Shown in pieces: positions 63,501 through 64,000 of a DNA stretch of 64,000 nucleotides. Every line of letters begins with the position of its first letter. Position 1 is the first letter of the stretch. The position numbers and the translations under genes are program-made. Below the pieces are notes generated by a model, which was not told the origin of the DNA, did no database searches, and saw only the letters and a list, made by a program, of their open reading frames with translations. The stretch is from Eledone cirrhosa (Eukaryota). Location: positions 5,952,001-6,016,000 of the forward strand of contig OZ024759.1 in the NCBI GenBank assembly GCA_964016885.1, written 5' to 3'.

Positions 63501-64000
63501 ACTGTTGGTGAGAATTCATTTAAGTTCATGGTACTAGCTGTCAGAAGTAACTCCACTGTTGGTGAGAATTCATTTAAGTTCATGGTACTAGCTGTCAGAA
63601 GTAACTCCAATGTTGGTGAGAATTCATTTAAATTCATGGTATTAGCTGTCAGAAGTAACTCCACTGTTGGTGAGAATTCATTTAAGTTCATGGTACTAGC
63701 TGTCAGAAGCAACTCCACTGTTGGTGAGAATTCATTTAAGTTCATGGTATTAGCTGTCAGAAGTAACTCCACTGTTGGTGAGAATTCATTTAAGTACATG
63801 GTACTAGCAGTCAGAAGTAACCCCAATGTTGGTGAGAATTCATTTAAGTTCATGGTATTAGCTGTCAGAAGTCACTCCAATGTTGGTGAGAATTCATTTA
63901 AGTTCATGGTATTAGCTGTCAGAAGTCACTCCACTGTTGGTGAGAATTCATTTAAGTTCATGGTACTAGCTGTCAGAAGTAACCCCAATGTTGGTGAGAA

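Larger units (their letters stand above)
1..64000 (+). repeat. 54-bp tandem satellite array (~1,190 monomers, head-to-tail, running off both window edges)
   Basis: The unit TTCATGGTAYTAGCTGTCAGAAGTAACTCCAMTGTTGGTGAGAATTCATTTAAG repeats continuously with usually 0-3 differences per copy. GAATTC recurs every 53-54 bp, and the ORF track shows an 18-aa repeat throughout. No non-repeat sequence was seen. Confidence 0.99.

Noticed and set aside
10-63853. All ORFs in the track as protein-coding genes (18-aa repeat proteins on either strand)
   Set aside because: They are pure translations of the satellite. Their ends are set by 1-bp indels or point alleles, they overlap on both strands, and they have no unique termini, domains or gene context.
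1-64000. CRISPR array or other repeat-spacer system
   Set aside because: There are no unique spacers, since the entire 54 bp is repeated, and no leader or cas genes are present.
1-64000. Programmed frameshift, phase-variation or information-encoding system based on 53/54-bp monomers and binary alleles
   Set aside because: The allele patterns are adequately explained by inheritance through tandem duplication. No recombinase, reverse transcriptase, promoter or target gene is present to support a dedicated system.
1-64000. Embedded transposon, inversion, tRNA/rRNA or unique insert
   Set aside because: Reading through the window, I found no departure from the monomer beyond point changes and indels of up to 7 bp, and no strand switch.

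Overview
The whole 64 kb is one uninterrupted, single-orientation (head-to-tail) satellite DNA array of roughly 1,190 copies of a 54-bp monomer. The consensus is TTCATGGTA(T/C)TAGCTGTCAGAAGTAACTCCA(C/A)TGTTGGTGAGAATTCATTTAAG, about 37% GC, with no CpG and one EcoRI site per unit. A 53-bp form (AAGTCATGG) is frequent, and 55-, 52-, 49- and 47-bp forms are rarer. I saw no genes, RNA genes, transposons, CRISPR spacers or unique sequence. Every ORF in the track is a by-product of the monomer being 18 codons with one stop-free frame on each strand. The real structure lies in the variants: rare diagnostic alleles define nested tandem duplications (0.5-2.3 kb), long-range copies (about 6.3-6.7, 6.9, 10.35, 12.45 and 34+ kb apart), regional sub-domains, and recurring monomer-order rules. 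This resembles eukaryotic heterochromatic satellite (centromeric, pericentromeric or subtelomeric), but I cannot name the organism or family. I found no supportable novel protein-coding system. Offsets were read by eye from marker positions and ORF-track coordinates, so block edges are approximate to about one monomer.
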